A DNA stretch of 57,013 nt from an uncultured Coriobacteriaceae bacterium (GTDB lineage Bacteria > Actinomycetota > Coriobacteriia > Coriobacteriales > Eggerthellaceae), in the NCBI GenBank assembly GCA_900552365.1, contig URZP01000001.1, positions 1-57,013 on the forward strand, given 5' to 3'. Shown piece by piece: positions 10,101-18,200 of the stretch. Position 1 is the stretch's first letter. Each line of letters opens with the position of its first letter. Under the pieces are notes generated by a model. That model did no database searches and was not told the origin of the DNA. It worked only from the letters and a program-made list of their open reading frames with translations. Position numbers and translations under genes: made by a program.

Positions 10101-10461
10101 CGCCGGTGACGTGTCGTTCGCGGCGGGCACTTCCGAGATCGCGTACGGCATCGATCCGAATAACCCGATGAGCGCCGACAGCGTCGAATGCGCCATCGCT
10201 GTCTTCCGCGAGTTGGGGCTTATCCAAACCCATGCCGAGTTCACCTCGGGTGAAGAGACGCGCACTGTCAGGGTGGAAAGCGGCCATCAGAAGGTCGACC
10301 TCACCGACAGTGTGCGTTACCGCGAGGGCATGGGCGAGCGCGCGATCTTCGACGAATACAAGCACCGCGCCATGGATGAGGACGCCTGCACCCTGCAGGG
10401 CCGCATTTCGGCTCCGATCGTTCCGGCCTGCGCCGAGACCGGCGACTGCCTGTGCTCGTAG
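7108..10461 (+). CDS. recJ: RecJ single-stranded-DNA exonuclease fused in one ORF to a RecQ-like SF2 helicase (1117 aa)
   Basis: N-terminal half: 'DFDVDG' and the DHH motif (nt 7603-7611), DHHA1 'GGHGAAVG', then an OB-like segment. C-terminal half: Walker A 'ATGRGKS' (about nt 9091), DEAH (9409-9420), 'LTATA', 'FGEGVNIPDIRHVV' and 'QMSGRAGRDG'. Confidence 0.85.
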   Translation: MPAQFNISAADPHAVSQLQGHFGLPHFIATTMASRGITTVEKAERFLSPSLERDWLDPYLIPQIDKVADALEAAVREHKHIVVYGDFDVDGISATAVLTRGLRTLGGHVTPFIPRRFDEGYGLSAVAFERVRKLDPEVIVTVDCGISSKVEVADIVAQGVDVVITDHHEPADLVPDGVPVADPKCGSSCPSSILAGVGVALKLVQVMGGRFGFPHLWRDYTDLATLGTVADLMPMRDENRALVSDGLKHINASPRPCIAALLGRSGAAGKQVTATNLSFSLIPRLNAAGRMGDAQIALDLLMTDDFDEACKLAAELETVNDRRRAIEAELSEVAREKAAAVYHGQRVLVVAGEGWHEGVKGIVASRLVHTYGVPCLLFTIDGDEARGSGRTVGQVNLFDAVASTEDLLTRFGGHGAAVGVTLPVANLEEFTKRLCDYMDQLPEDAFHPLIEIDSMVSLDELTIENVELMEKLAPFGQENRVPCLLARDVTMANCRAVGAEKNHFSCALSDGTNRVSGIMFHCNDIDELMKTCNVVNAAFEVQIDEWRGRRTVKAMLKSLSPAGMCGALAATLDPGNTRFVTSLFAASDESLCEDCIESSSAIEAYEADRTSNREKWQRRAQSNPAKLESDIIGALIGDGSLHDSQREVLDLLGEGKSVMAVMATGRGKSLTFHVHAAMTALRDGKASLFVYPLRALITDQSFHLNDALSRFGLQIDVLTGESTPKEREHIYRAIADGSTDMVLTTPEFLEYHVDELAVGDRFGFVVVDEAHHIAQYRNGSREAYGTIGKSIERLGSPTVLALTATADGNVARDIASILPIEACVFDRTARTNLVVDDRRGMRAREDYLAKLVATGEKTVVYVSSRERSITVARILRSKVGQLAPMIGFYNAGLDRAERTRIEEMFRSGALSVLVSTSAFGEGVNIPDIRHVVLFNMPFNEIEFNQMSGRAGRDGRESFVHLLYNRGDAQLNETALAGATPDRDVLVQVYRYLTARQRNAGDVSFAAGTSEIAYGIDPNNPMSADSVECAIAVFRELGLIQTHAEFTSGEETRTVRVESGHQKVDLTDSVRYREGMGERAIFDEYKHRAMDEDACTLQGRISAPIVPACAETGDCLCS

Positions 10462-10543
10462 CGTGCGCAGGCGGGTTGCTTGCGTTAGCTTGCTGAACGC
10501 GGCGGCCCGTGCGGGCGGCGTACGTCTTGTGCGGCTGCTGCGA

Positions 10544-10549
10544 TATAAT
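10544..10549 (+). promoter_or_regulatory. Perfect TATAAT box upstream of rel (candidate -10 element)
   Basis: A consensus hexamer in otherwise GC-rich DNA lies about 75 nt upstream of the rel ATG. I found no good -35 element. Confidence 0.3.
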
Positions 10550-10623
10550 GAACAGGTTACGTATAAACGAGGTGCGCGTTCGGTTTCTACCGTGCGAACA
10601 CGTGGGAAGGCAAGGGGATCATC

Positions 10624-12993
10624 ATGGCTGACGCGAAGGATTTGGCGGGCCTGACCTCCATCGCTTCCGATGCGCGCGGAAACGTGCTTGAGGAAAACGA
10701 CTACAAGGTTGGTCACGGTGCCCGCAGCAAGGGCGAAACCCCCGAAGAGCGTTTCGCTGTCCTGCAGGAAATGACCAAATCTTACCTTACCGAGGACGAG
10801 GAAGAGAAGCTCGTGGAGGCGTTCGCCTTTGCACGCAAGGTTCACAAGGGCCAGCTGCGCAAGAGCGGCGAGCCGTTCGTTGCTCACCCCGTTGAGGTTG
10901 CCATCATTTTGGCCGACCTGCGTATGGACGTCGAAACCCTGTGCGCCGCGCTTCTTCACGACACCATCGAGGACACCGAAACCACCGACCGCGATATCAC
11001 GCGCCTGTTCGGTGAGCGCGTCACCCAGCTGGTCGAGGGCGTCACCAAAATCACCCGCATCGAGGTGGAAAGCCTTTCCGACGAGCAAGCGGCAACCATC
11101 CGCAAGATGTTCGTGGCCATGAACCAGGACATCCGCGTGGTTGTCATCAAGCTCGCCGACCGTCTGCACAACATGCGCACGTTGTCGTCGCTTCGCGAGG
11201 ACCGTCGTATCTTCAAGTCGCGTGAGACGCTTGAGATCTACGCGCCCATCGCGCACCGTCTGGGCATCAACTCCATTAAGTGGGAACTAGAGGACCTGTC
11301 TTTCTACTACCTTGAGCCTGCGAAGTATCAGCAGGTCAAGCGCCTGGTTGCTGAAAGCCGCGCAACGCGCGAGGCATACTTGAAGCAGGTCATCGACCTT
11401 CTGCACGACGAGATGGAGAAGATCGGCGTCGAGGCCGAGATCATGGGCCGTCCCAAGCACTTGTACTCCATCTATCAGAAAATGACCAAGCGCGACAAGG
11501 AGTTCAGCGAGATCTTCGACCTGATCGCCGTGCGCTTGATCGTGAAGTCCGTCAAGGACTGCTACTCGGCGCTGGGCGCGGTGCATACGCTGTGGCACCC
11601 TATGCCCGGGCGTTTCAAAGATTACATCGCCATGCCGAAGTTCAACATGTACCAAAGCCTGCACACCACGGTTATCGGCCCGTCCGGCAAGCCGCTTGAG
11701 GTTCAGATCCGCACCGAGGAAATGCACCAGAAAAGCGAGTTCGGCGTCGCGGCTCACTGGCTGTACAAGGAAAACGGTGGCAAGCAGGGCAAGGACGTCG
11801 AGTTCGACAAACAGCTGGCGTGGCTTCGTCAGATGGTTGACTGGCAGGATGAAACCCAGGATTCGCGCGAGTTCCTGAAAGATCTGAAGGTCGACCTTGA
11901 TCCCGACGAGGTGTTCGTGTTCACCCCGAAGGGCGAGGTCAAGAGCCTGCGCTCGGGTTCCACTCCGGTCGACTTCGCCTACGCCATTCACACCGAGGTT
12001 GGCAACCACTGCGTTGGCGCCAAGGCCAATGGCAAGATCGTGCCGTTGTCGTACAAGCTGCAGATGGGCGACCGCGTTGAGATCCTCACGCAGAAAAGCG
12101 CCACGCCCTCGCGCGGCTGGCTGAGCATCGTCCGCACGCCGTCGGCGCGTTCGAAGATCAGGAACTACTTCTCGAAGGCAAACCGCGGCGACGATTTGCA
12201 GATGGGCCACGACAAGCTGATGCGCGAGATGCGCAAGCATGGCCTGGGCCTTTCGAACGCCCAGATGACGCGTGCGGTGAAAACCACCGCCGAGAGCATG
12301 GGCTACAAAGACGGCGACGACATGCTGGTGAACATCGGCGCCGGCAAGGAAAGCCCGCAGCATGTTGCCAACCGCATCCTGAAGCTGGTCGTCGACGACG
12401 GCAAGAAGGAAGCCGAGCGCCCCGCCATCGGCATGTCAACCATGGCAACGGGCAAGATGCCGCCCATGCTTACCAGCGTGAAGCGCCCGAAGCGTCGCGA
12501 GACGCATTCGGACACGGGCGTTGTGGTGAAGGGCTTGGACGACGTGCTGGTGCGTCTGTCGAAGTGCTGCAACCCGGTTCCCGGCGACGACATTTTGGGA
12601 TTCGTCACGCGTGGTCGAGGCGTTTCCGTTCACCGTGCCGACTGCCCGAACGCCAAGGATCTGCTGCGCGAGCCCGAGCGCATCATTCAGGTTGAATGGG
12701 AGAAAGATCCCGCTGTTTCGACGTCGTACAAGATCGACGTTTACATCGAGGCTCTTGACCGTATGAACCTGCTGCGCGATGTCGTTGCCGTTCTGTCCGA
12801 GGAGGGCGTCAACGTTTTGAACGCCTCCACTTCGACGCAGCGCGACGACATGGTTACCATGCGCTTCCTGTTCCAGGTTTCCGATGTCGAGCATGTTGAC
12901 GACATCATCGCCGAGCTTTACGACGTCGACGGTGTCTTCGAAGCCCGCCGCATGAAGCCCGGTGAGAGCGTGGGACGCCGAGACAGTAATTAA
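10624..12993 (+). CDS. relA: Bifunctional (p)ppGpp synthetase/hydrolase Rel (RelA/SpoT homologue)
   Basis: The HD domain 'HPVEVA...LHDTIEDT', the synthetase region 'YRSLHTTV'-like 'YQSLHTTVIGP', and TGS and ACT C-terminal regions are present. It follows recJ, as in many Gram-positives. Confidence 0.95.
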   Translation: MADAKDLAGLTSIASDARGNVLEENDYKVGHGARSKGETPEERFAVLQEMTKSYLTEDEEEKLVEAFAFARKVHKGQLRKSGEPFVAHPVEVAIILADLRMDVETLCAALLHDTIEDTETTDRDITRLFGERVTQLVEGVTKITRIEVESLSDEQAATIRKMFVAMNQDIRVVVIKLADRLHNMRTLSSLREDRRIFKSRETLEIYAPIAHRLGINSIKWELEDLSFYYLEPAKYQQVKRLVAESRATREAYLKQVIDLLHDEMEKIGVEAEIMGRPKHLYSIYQKMTKRDKEFSEIFDLIAVRLIVKSVKDCYSALGAVHTLWHPMPGRFKDYIAMPKFNMYQSLHTTVIGPSGKPLEVQIRTEEMHQKSEFGVAAHWLYKENGGKQGKDVEFDKQLAWLRQMVDWQDETQDSREFLKDLKVDLDPDEVFVFTPKGEVKSLRSGSTPVDFAYAIHTEVGNHCVGAKANGKIVPLSYKLQMGDRVEILTQKSATPSRGWLSIVRTPSARSKIRNYFSKANRGDDLQMGHDKLMREMRKHGLGLSNAQMTRAVKTTAESMGYKDGDDMLVNIGAGKESPQHVANRILKLVVDDGKKEAERPAIGMSTMATGKMPPMLTSVKRPKRRETHSDTGVVVKGLDDVLVRLSKCCNPVPGDDILGFVTRGRGVSVHRADCPNAKDLLREPERIIQVEWEKDPAVSTSYKIDVYIEALDRMNLLRDVVAVLSEEGVNVLNASTSTQRDDMVTMRFLFQVSDVEHVDDIIAELYDVDGVFEARRMKPGESVGRRDSN

Positions 12994-13059
12994 CGAAGTT
13001 GATTGCTGTCGACAGCGCCCATGTTTAAAGCTCGAGATAGCTAGCTAGAAAGGATCAGA

Positions 13060-13731
13060 ATGGATCTGCATAAAGTGAAAGATGGTTGCCTTCCCATTCA
13101 TTTCATGGTGATGGGCCCCATCGAGAACAACGTCTACATCATCTCTGACGATGCAGCCACCATCGTGGTCGATCCGACCTGCGATTCCGACGTCATCATC
13201 GGCGCACTTGAGAAGCTTGGCAAGAAGAAGCTCGACGCCATCATCCTCACCCATAGCCATTACGATCACGTGGGTGCCGCGGCTAAGCTGCGCAGGCTGA
13301 CGGGAGCAACCGTCGTTGCCTCGAAAGCCGACGCTCCCTACATCGAGCGCACGGTGAAGCCCTTCCGCGACGATCACGAGTTCCCGGCTTGCGAAGTCGA
13401 TCAGCCGATTGATGACGGCGACGTCGTCCAGATTGGCAACATGGCTTGGAAGGTCGTTCTTACGCCCGGCCACACGCCCGGAAGCATGTGTCTGTTCCTT
13501 GACCCGCAGTTCGGCGTCGTCAAGGGTGGCGCGCCGGTTCTTATCTCGGGCGACACGCTGTTCTACGGAGGCATCGGCCGCACCGACTTCGAGGGTGGCA
13601 GCATGCCCGACATGAGGGCATCTCTTAAGCGTCTTGCCGTGCTTCCCGATCAGACCGTCGTTTTGCCCGGCCACGGCGAGCAAACAACCATCGGTGCCGA
13701 AAGACGTCGCGTTTTCGCGTATTACGCTTAA
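13060..13731 (+). CDS. MBL-fold metallo-hydrolase (glyoxalase II-like)
   Basis: 'THSHYDHVGA' gives the HxHxDH motif, and 'TPGHTPGS' and 'GDTLF' are also present. Confidence 0.85.
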   Translation: MDLHKVKDGCLPIHFMVMGPIENNVYIISDDAATIVVDPTCDSDVIIGALEKLGKKKLDAIILTHSHYDHVGAAAKLRRLTGATVVASKADAPYIERTVKPFRDDHEFPACEVDQPIDDGDVVQIGNMAWKVVLTPGHTPGSMCLFLDPQFGVVKGGAPVLISGDTLFYGGIGRTDFEGGSMPDMRASLKRLAVLPDQTVVLPGHGEQTTIGAERRRVFAYYA

Positions 13732-13902
13732 GCTGCACCGAGGTTGTCCCGATCTGATGGGTAACGGTTTGGCGAACGAAGCGACGGCGTCCGTAAAAGC
13801 TGCCTTTGATCGCCCATAATGAGGCATAACGTCGTACGTTAAGCATGGTTGAGCTTGTTTCATGCAGTAGAATCTGTATATAGCCGACTGAAGGAGACCA
13901 TC

Positions 13903-14529
13903 GTGTCTAAGAAGCACAAGTCCGATTATTTTGACGCGTTCGAGAAGCAAGCGAAGATTGCGGTAGAGGAAGCCGAGCTTCTTGTCGAAGTCATCGAGGG
14001 TTTCACCACTACCGACGCGCTGAAGGAGCCTCTTGATAGGGCTCACGAGATCGAGCATCGCGGCGATCTTCTGGACGACCAGAACTTCCAGTGCGTTGCA
14101 GTCGACTTCATCACGCCTATCGAGCGCGGCGATATCCTTGAGCTTTCCCAGAACCTTGACAACGTCATTGACGGCATCGAAGAGGTCATGCAGCGCTTCT
14201 ACATGTACGACATCCACTACATGCATAAAGACGCGCTCGAGTTCGCGAAGATCATCCGTAAGGCAACCAAGGCCATTTACCGCGCCATGGATGACTTCCG
14301 CAACTTCAAGAAGTCCAAGAAGCTTCATTCCTTCCTTGACGAGGTCAGCGATCTCGAGGAACAGGGCGATAAGCTGTATCTCAAGGCCGTTCGCGAGCTG
14401 TTCCAGCATCCCGAAGATCCTATCGAGGTTATGGTTTGGGCCAATCTGTTCGACAGCCTCGAGGAAGTCTGCGACCTTACCGAAGACGTTGCCGATAGCA
14501 TGGGCAACATTTCGCTGAAGAACATGTAA
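13903..14529 (+). CDS. DUF47 (PhoU-like, YkaA/TIGR00153-type) protein
   Basis: 'FITPIERGDILELSQNLDNVIDGIEE' is typical of DUF47. I prefer the GTG at 13903, 7 nt after GAAGGAG, over the ORF-track start at 13849. Confidence 0.7.
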   Translation: MSKKHKSDYFDAFEKQAKIAVEEAELLVEVIEGFTTTDALKEPLDRAHEIEHRGDLLDDQNFQCVAVDFITPIERGDILELSQNLDNVIDGIEEVMQRFYMYDIHYMHKDALEFAKIIRKATKAIYRAMDDFRNFKKSKKLHSFLDEVSDLEEQGDKLYLKAVRELFQHPEDPIEVMVWANLFDSLEEVCDLTEDVADSMGNISLKNM

Positions 14530-14557
14530 CGCGTTCACGCGAACATCGAGCCTCGTT

Positions 14558-14594
14558 ATAACCGTCATCCATATGTGGTTGGCGGTTATTTTTA
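14558..14594 (+). terminator. Terminator-like hairpin after the DUF47 gene
   Basis: The stem ATAACCG/CGGTTAT is followed by TTTTT. The loop is long (18 nt). Confidence 0.4.
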
Positions 14595-14738
14595 TTGACC
14601 GAGGTAGATCGCTTGTGGGGCATGGGAGTCGAAAGCGGCTTCTCGCCGTTCGCGCGAATTCCCGCACGCGAAACACGCTGTTCACAGGCTTTTTGATATA
14701 GTCTTGCTAATTCACGTACCCGTACAGGGAGAGGATCC

Positions 14739-16019
14739 ATGGCTTTAATTGTCTGCAAATTCGGGGGCACGTCCGTCGCCTCGCCGGAGCGCATTCAGAA
14801 AGTCGCTAAGCGCCTGATCGCGCGCAAGCAAGCCGGAAACGACGTCGTCGCTGTCGTATCCGCCATGGGCAAAACCACCGACGAGCTTGTGGGCCTTGCG
14901 CGGGCCCTTAACCCCAACCCACCCGTGCGCGAGATGGACCGCCTTCTGTCCACGGGCGAGCAGGTGTCCATGTCTCTTTTGGCCATGGCCATCGAGGCTC
15001 GCGGTTACAAGGCCCTTAGCTTCACCGGCCGTCAGGCGGGCATCGAAACCGACGGTTCACATCAGCGCGCGAAAATCGTGAAGGTGCATTCCGAGCGCAT
15101 CATGGAGGCCATTGCCGAAGGGGCCATTCCCGTCATCGCCGGCTTCCAGGGCATCGACCCCAGCGGCGACATCACCACGCTTGGCCGTGGCGGCTCCGAC
15201 ACCACGGCCGTCGCCATTGCTTGGGGCATCAATGCCGACGTCTGCGAGATTTACTCCGACGTCGATGGCGTGTACTCGGCCGACCCGCGCGTGTGCCCTC
15301 ATGCGCGCAAGCTTGATCAAATCTCATACGACGACATGCTCGAGATGTCCGCTGCCGGCTCGGGCGTGCTGCAGATGCGCGCAGTCGAGTTCGCGCGCAA
15401 GTTCGGCGTCGTCATTCATTCTCGTTCTGCGTTCACGGAAACCGATGGCACGTTCGTCAAGGAGGCAACCGATATGATGGAAGAAGCCGTTATCACGGGC
15501 ATCGCTCACGATACGTCCGAGGTGAAGGTCACGATTCGCGGCGTTCCCGATGCCACCGGCGTTGCCGCCAAGGTGTTTGGCGCGCTTGCCGCGAACAGCG
15601 TGAACACTGACATGATCATTCAGAACGCATCCGAAGCAGGCGTCACTGACATTTCGTTCACCTGCCCCGATGCCGACCTTGCCCGCGCTCGCGAGACCGT
15701 TGACGTGGTCGCCCCGCAGATCGGCGCCCGCGAAGTGGTGGTTGACGAGGACATCGCCAAGGTCAGCTTGGTTGGCACCGGCATGAAGTCGTCGCCGGGC
15801 GTTGCCGCAAAGGCGTTCGCTGTTTTGGGCGAGAACCAGATCAACATCGACGCGATCTCCACGTCGCCCATTCGCCTTTCCGTTGTTGTTTCTGCAGCTC
15901 AGGCTGCAGAGGCGGTGCGCTGCTTGCATACCGCGTTCGGTTTGGACTCAGACGAGATTTTCGAGGAAACCCAGCTTTCCGCCGAAGAGATCGCTGCGAA
16001 AATGAACAAGGGCCGCTAG
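14739..16019 (+). CDS. lysC: Aspartate kinase (alpha subunit)
   Basis: 'LIVCKFGGTSV' and 'VVSAMGKTTDELV' mark the kinase domain, followed by two C-terminal ACT domains. Confidence 0.95.
   Translation: MALIVCKFGGTSVASPERIQKVAKRLIARKQAGNDVVAVVSAMGKTTDELVGLARALNPNPPVREMDRLLSTGEQVSMSLLAMAIEARGYKALSFTGRQAGIETDGSHQRAKIVKVHSERIMEAIAEGAIPVIAGFQGIDPSGDITTLGRGGSDTTAVAIAWGINADVCEIYSDVDGVYSADPRVCPHARKLDQISYDDMLEMSAAGSGVLQMRAVEFARKFGVVIHSRSAFTETDGTFVKEATDMMEEAVITGIAHDTSEVKVTIRGVPDATGVAAKVFGALAANSVNTDMIIQNASEAGVTDISFTCPDADLARARETVDVVAPQIGAREVVVDEDIAKVSLVGTGMKSSPGVAAKAFAVLGENQINIDAISTSPIRLSVVVSAAQAAEAVRCLHTAFGLDSDEIFEETQLSAEEIAAKMNKGR
15474..16019 (+). CDS. lysC: Nested in-frame aspartate kinase beta subunit (ACT domains only)
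   Basis: An internal AAGGAGG (15459-15465) lies 8 nt before an in-frame ATG ATG. The product starts 'MMEEAVITGIAHD', matching the position of the separately translated beta subunit known in Corynebacterium and Mycobacterium. Confidence 0.5.
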   Translation: MMEEAVITGIAHDTSEVKVTIRGVPDATGVAAKVFGALAANSVNTDMIIQNASEAGVTDISFTCPDADLARARETVDVVAPQIGAREVVVDEDIAKVSLVGTGMKSSPGVAAKAFAVLGENQINIDAISTSPIRLSVVVSAAQAAEAVRCLHTAFGLDSDEIFEETQLSAEEIAAKMNKGR

Positions 16020-16037
16020 GTCAGAAAGGGGAGCCAC

Positions 16038-17078
16038 ATGGCTTGGACGAAACAGATTCCCGCCAACCCGGTCGTTGCCGTTGCGGGTGCAACCGGCGCC
16101 GTTGGTTCGGAATTCATGCAGGTGCTGCACGACCTCGATTTCCCCGCGAGCAAGGTCATCCCTCTGGCATCGGCACGCTCTGCCGGCAAGGAGATCGATT
16201 TCCTTGGTTGCGGTCAGGTTCCCGCTGGCAAGCTTCTTGTTCAGGAAATGACCCCCGAGGCATTCGAGGGCGTCGACATCGCCCTGTTCTCCGCCGGTGC
16301 GGGCGTTTCCAAGGAGATGCGCGATGCTGTCGTCGGTGCCGGTGCGGTCATGATCGACAACTCCAGCGCCTTTCGCATGGAAGAGGACGTTCCGCTGGTT
16401 GTTCCTGAGGTCAACCCCCAGGACGTTACGTGGCATAACGGCGTTATCGCCAACCCCAACTGCTCCACCATCCAGATGGTCGTCGCGCTTCATGCGTTGG
16501 AGTCCGTGGCTCCCATCAAGCGCGTTGTCGCCTCCACGTACCAGGCTGCAAGCGGCGCGGGTGTCGCCGCCATGAACGAGCTGTACGATCAGACGCGCGA
16601 CTACCTTGATGGCAACGAGTTCGAGCCGCATGCCTTCAGCGATCAGATCGCGTTCAACATCATCCCTCATATCGATGTGTTCCTTGACGACGATTCCACG
16701 AAGGAAGAGTGGAAGATGATCGTTGAGACCAAGAAGATCATGGGCCACCCCGATCTGGGCGTTGCCGCCAACTGCGCTCGCGTCCCGGTTCTGCGTTGCC
16801 ACGCCGAGTACGTGAACGTCGAGTTCGATGGTCCTATCACGCTCGAGCAGGCGCGCGCTGCGTTCGAGGCTGAGCCGGGCGTTACCCTGAATGACGTTCC
16901 TGCCGAGAACGGCTATCCCATGCCCGGCCTGCTTGCCCACACCGACAAGGTGTATGTCGGCCGCGTGCGCAAGGACTACAGCGTCGAGAACGGCATTTCG
17001 TTCTGGTGCGTTATGGATCAGATCCGCAAGGGTGCTGCTCTGAACGCCGTTCAGATTGCCCAGCTGCTGCTTCCGTAA
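16038..17078 (+). CDS. asd: Aspartate-semialdehyde dehydrogenase
   Basis: 'VAVAGATGAVG' is the NAD(P)-binding motif and 'IANPNCSTIQMV' carries the active-site Cys. Confidence 0.95.
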   Translation: MAWTKQIPANPVVAVAGATGAVGSEFMQVLHDLDFPASKVIPLASARSAGKEIDFLGCGQVPAGKLLVQEMTPEAFEGVDIALFSAGAGVSKEMRDAVVGAGAVMIDNSSAFRMEEDVPLVVPEVNPQDVTWHNGVIANPNCSTIQMVVALHALESVAPIKRVVASTYQAASGAGVAAMNELYDQTRDYLDGNEFEPHAFSDQIAFNIIPHIDVFLDDDSTKEEWKMIVETKKIMGHPDLGVAANCARVPVLRCHAEYVNVEFDGPITLEQARAAFEAEPGVTLNDVPAENGYPMPGLLAHTDKVYVGRVRKDYSVENGISFWCVMDQIRKGAALNAVQIAQLLLP

Positions 17079-17221
17079 GCGGTTGAGGCGGGCGTCGGCC
17101 AGCTCGGGCGAGGTTCGCCTGGCGCGGGTTCGCTTGGCGCAGCTTTGGGCTTCATTTTGCTGGCTTGAAGTCTTGCACTGCGAAATGCGAGCCTGCATTG
17201 CCGATCAACTGGTTTCGACAT

Positions 17222-17251
17222 GGGCGCGACAACGGTCGCGCCCTTTCGTTT
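17222..17251 (+). terminator. Rho-independent terminator after asd
   Basis: A 9-bp stem GGGCGCGAC/GTCGCGCCC with loop AACG is followed by TTTCGTTT. Confidence 0.65.
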
Positions 17252-17256
17252 AGAAT
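17251..17256 (+). promoter_or_regulatory. TAGAAT -10 box positioned for a leaderless tlyA transcript
   Basis: The hexamer ends 6 nt before the A of the tlyA ATG (17263), and no Shine-Dalgarno sequence lies between them. Confidence 0.3.
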
Positions 17257-17262
17257 GACCGT

Positions 17263-18054
17263 ATGAGCAAACACAGTGACGTTCCCAACAACCTGAATCC
17301 TATGACTGCCAAACCGCCTAAACCCAAGAAGGTGCGCCTTGATGCGCTGTTGGTTGAGCGCGGTTATTTCGCCGACGCCCAGGCTGCGCTTCGTGCAGTG
17401 TTGGCGCACGAGGTGAAGGTGGGCGACGTGTACGCAACCAGCGCCGCGGTGAAGGTTCCGTCCGATGCGGACATCCAGGTGAAGGGCGGTATGCCCTATG
17501 TTTCGCGTGGCGGGTTCAAGCTGCGCGGTGCGCTTGACGCGTTCAATCAGAATGCGTCGGGGCTTCGCTGCATCGACATCGGTTCTTCCACCGGCGGTTT
17601 CTCCGACTGCTTGCTGCAGGCGGGAGCAGCTTCCGTTGCATGCGTCGACGTCAACTACGGGCAGCTTGCCTGGAAGGTGCGCCAAGACCCGCGCGTCGTC
17701 GTGTTCGAGCGCACCAACATTCGCACGGCCGATCCGGCCGATTTGGGCGCACCGTTCGATCTTGCTGTCGCCGATCTTAGTTTCATCGGCTTGGCAAGCT
17801 TGGCTCCCGTGTTCGCCAACTTGCTCGATGCGGGTGGCGTGTTCATTGGCTTGGTGAAACCTCAGTTCGAATCGGCTCACGACGAAACCGAACGCGGCGT
17901 GGTGCTTGACGAGGCGGTTCGCTTGCGCACCGTCGACGAGGTCAAGCAAGCGCTTGAGTCGGCGTCGTTCGACGTGACCGGTGTTGTGGAATCGTCGATC
18001 ACGGGTGCGAAGGGCCACAACGTCGAGTACCTGGTTCGCGCCGTGAAGCGATAG
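17263..18054 (+). CDS. tlyA: TlyA-family rRNA 2'-O-ribose methyltransferase (hemolysin A-like)
   Basis: An S4 domain ('RLDALLVERGYF') is followed by an FtsJ-like SAM motif ('CIDIGSSTGGFSDCLLQ'). Confidence 0.85.
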   Translation: MSKHSDVPNNLNPMTAKPPKPKKVRLDALLVERGYFADAQAALRAVLAHEVKVGDVYATSAAVKVPSDADIQVKGGMPYVSRGGFKLRGALDAFNQNASGLRCIDIGSSTGGFSDCLLQAGAASVACVDVNYGQLAWKVRQDPRVVVFERTNIRTADPADLGAPFDLAVADLSFIGLASLAPVFANLLDAGGVFIGLVKPQFESAHDETERGVVLDEAVRLRTVDEVKQALESASFDVTGVVESSITGAKGHNVEYLVRAVKR

Positions 18055-18059
18055 TTCGC

Positions 18060-18088
18060 AAACCGGCAAGTCGTCTTCTGCGGTTTTT
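18060..18088 (+). terminator. Weak terminator-like hairpin after tlyA
   Basis: The stem AAACCG/CGGTTT is followed by TT, with a 15-nt loop. Confidence 0.3.
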
Positions 18089-18150
18089 GAAAGCGCAGGC
18101 CGTAAGAACGAATCGGCTGCTACAGTGGCAAACAATAGACTGAAAAGGAA

Positions 18151-18170
18151 AGGCACCCCGCAGGGTGCCT
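18151..18170. terminator. Bidirectional terminator hairpin between tlyA and crcB
   Basis: An 8-bp stem AGGCACCC/GGGTGCCT with loop CGCA has an A-rich left flank and a T-containing right flank. Confidence 0.6.
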
Positions 18171-18200
18171 TTCGAGCGTTACAAGCTTGTTTTGCCTGGC

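Noticed and set aside
18156-18169. A shared 10-mer CCGCAGGGTG in the hairpins at 18156-18169 and 47634-47646, considered as a possible REP-like repeat family.
   Set aside because: There are only two copies, the match is short, and the flanking sequences differ. This is most likely coincidence.
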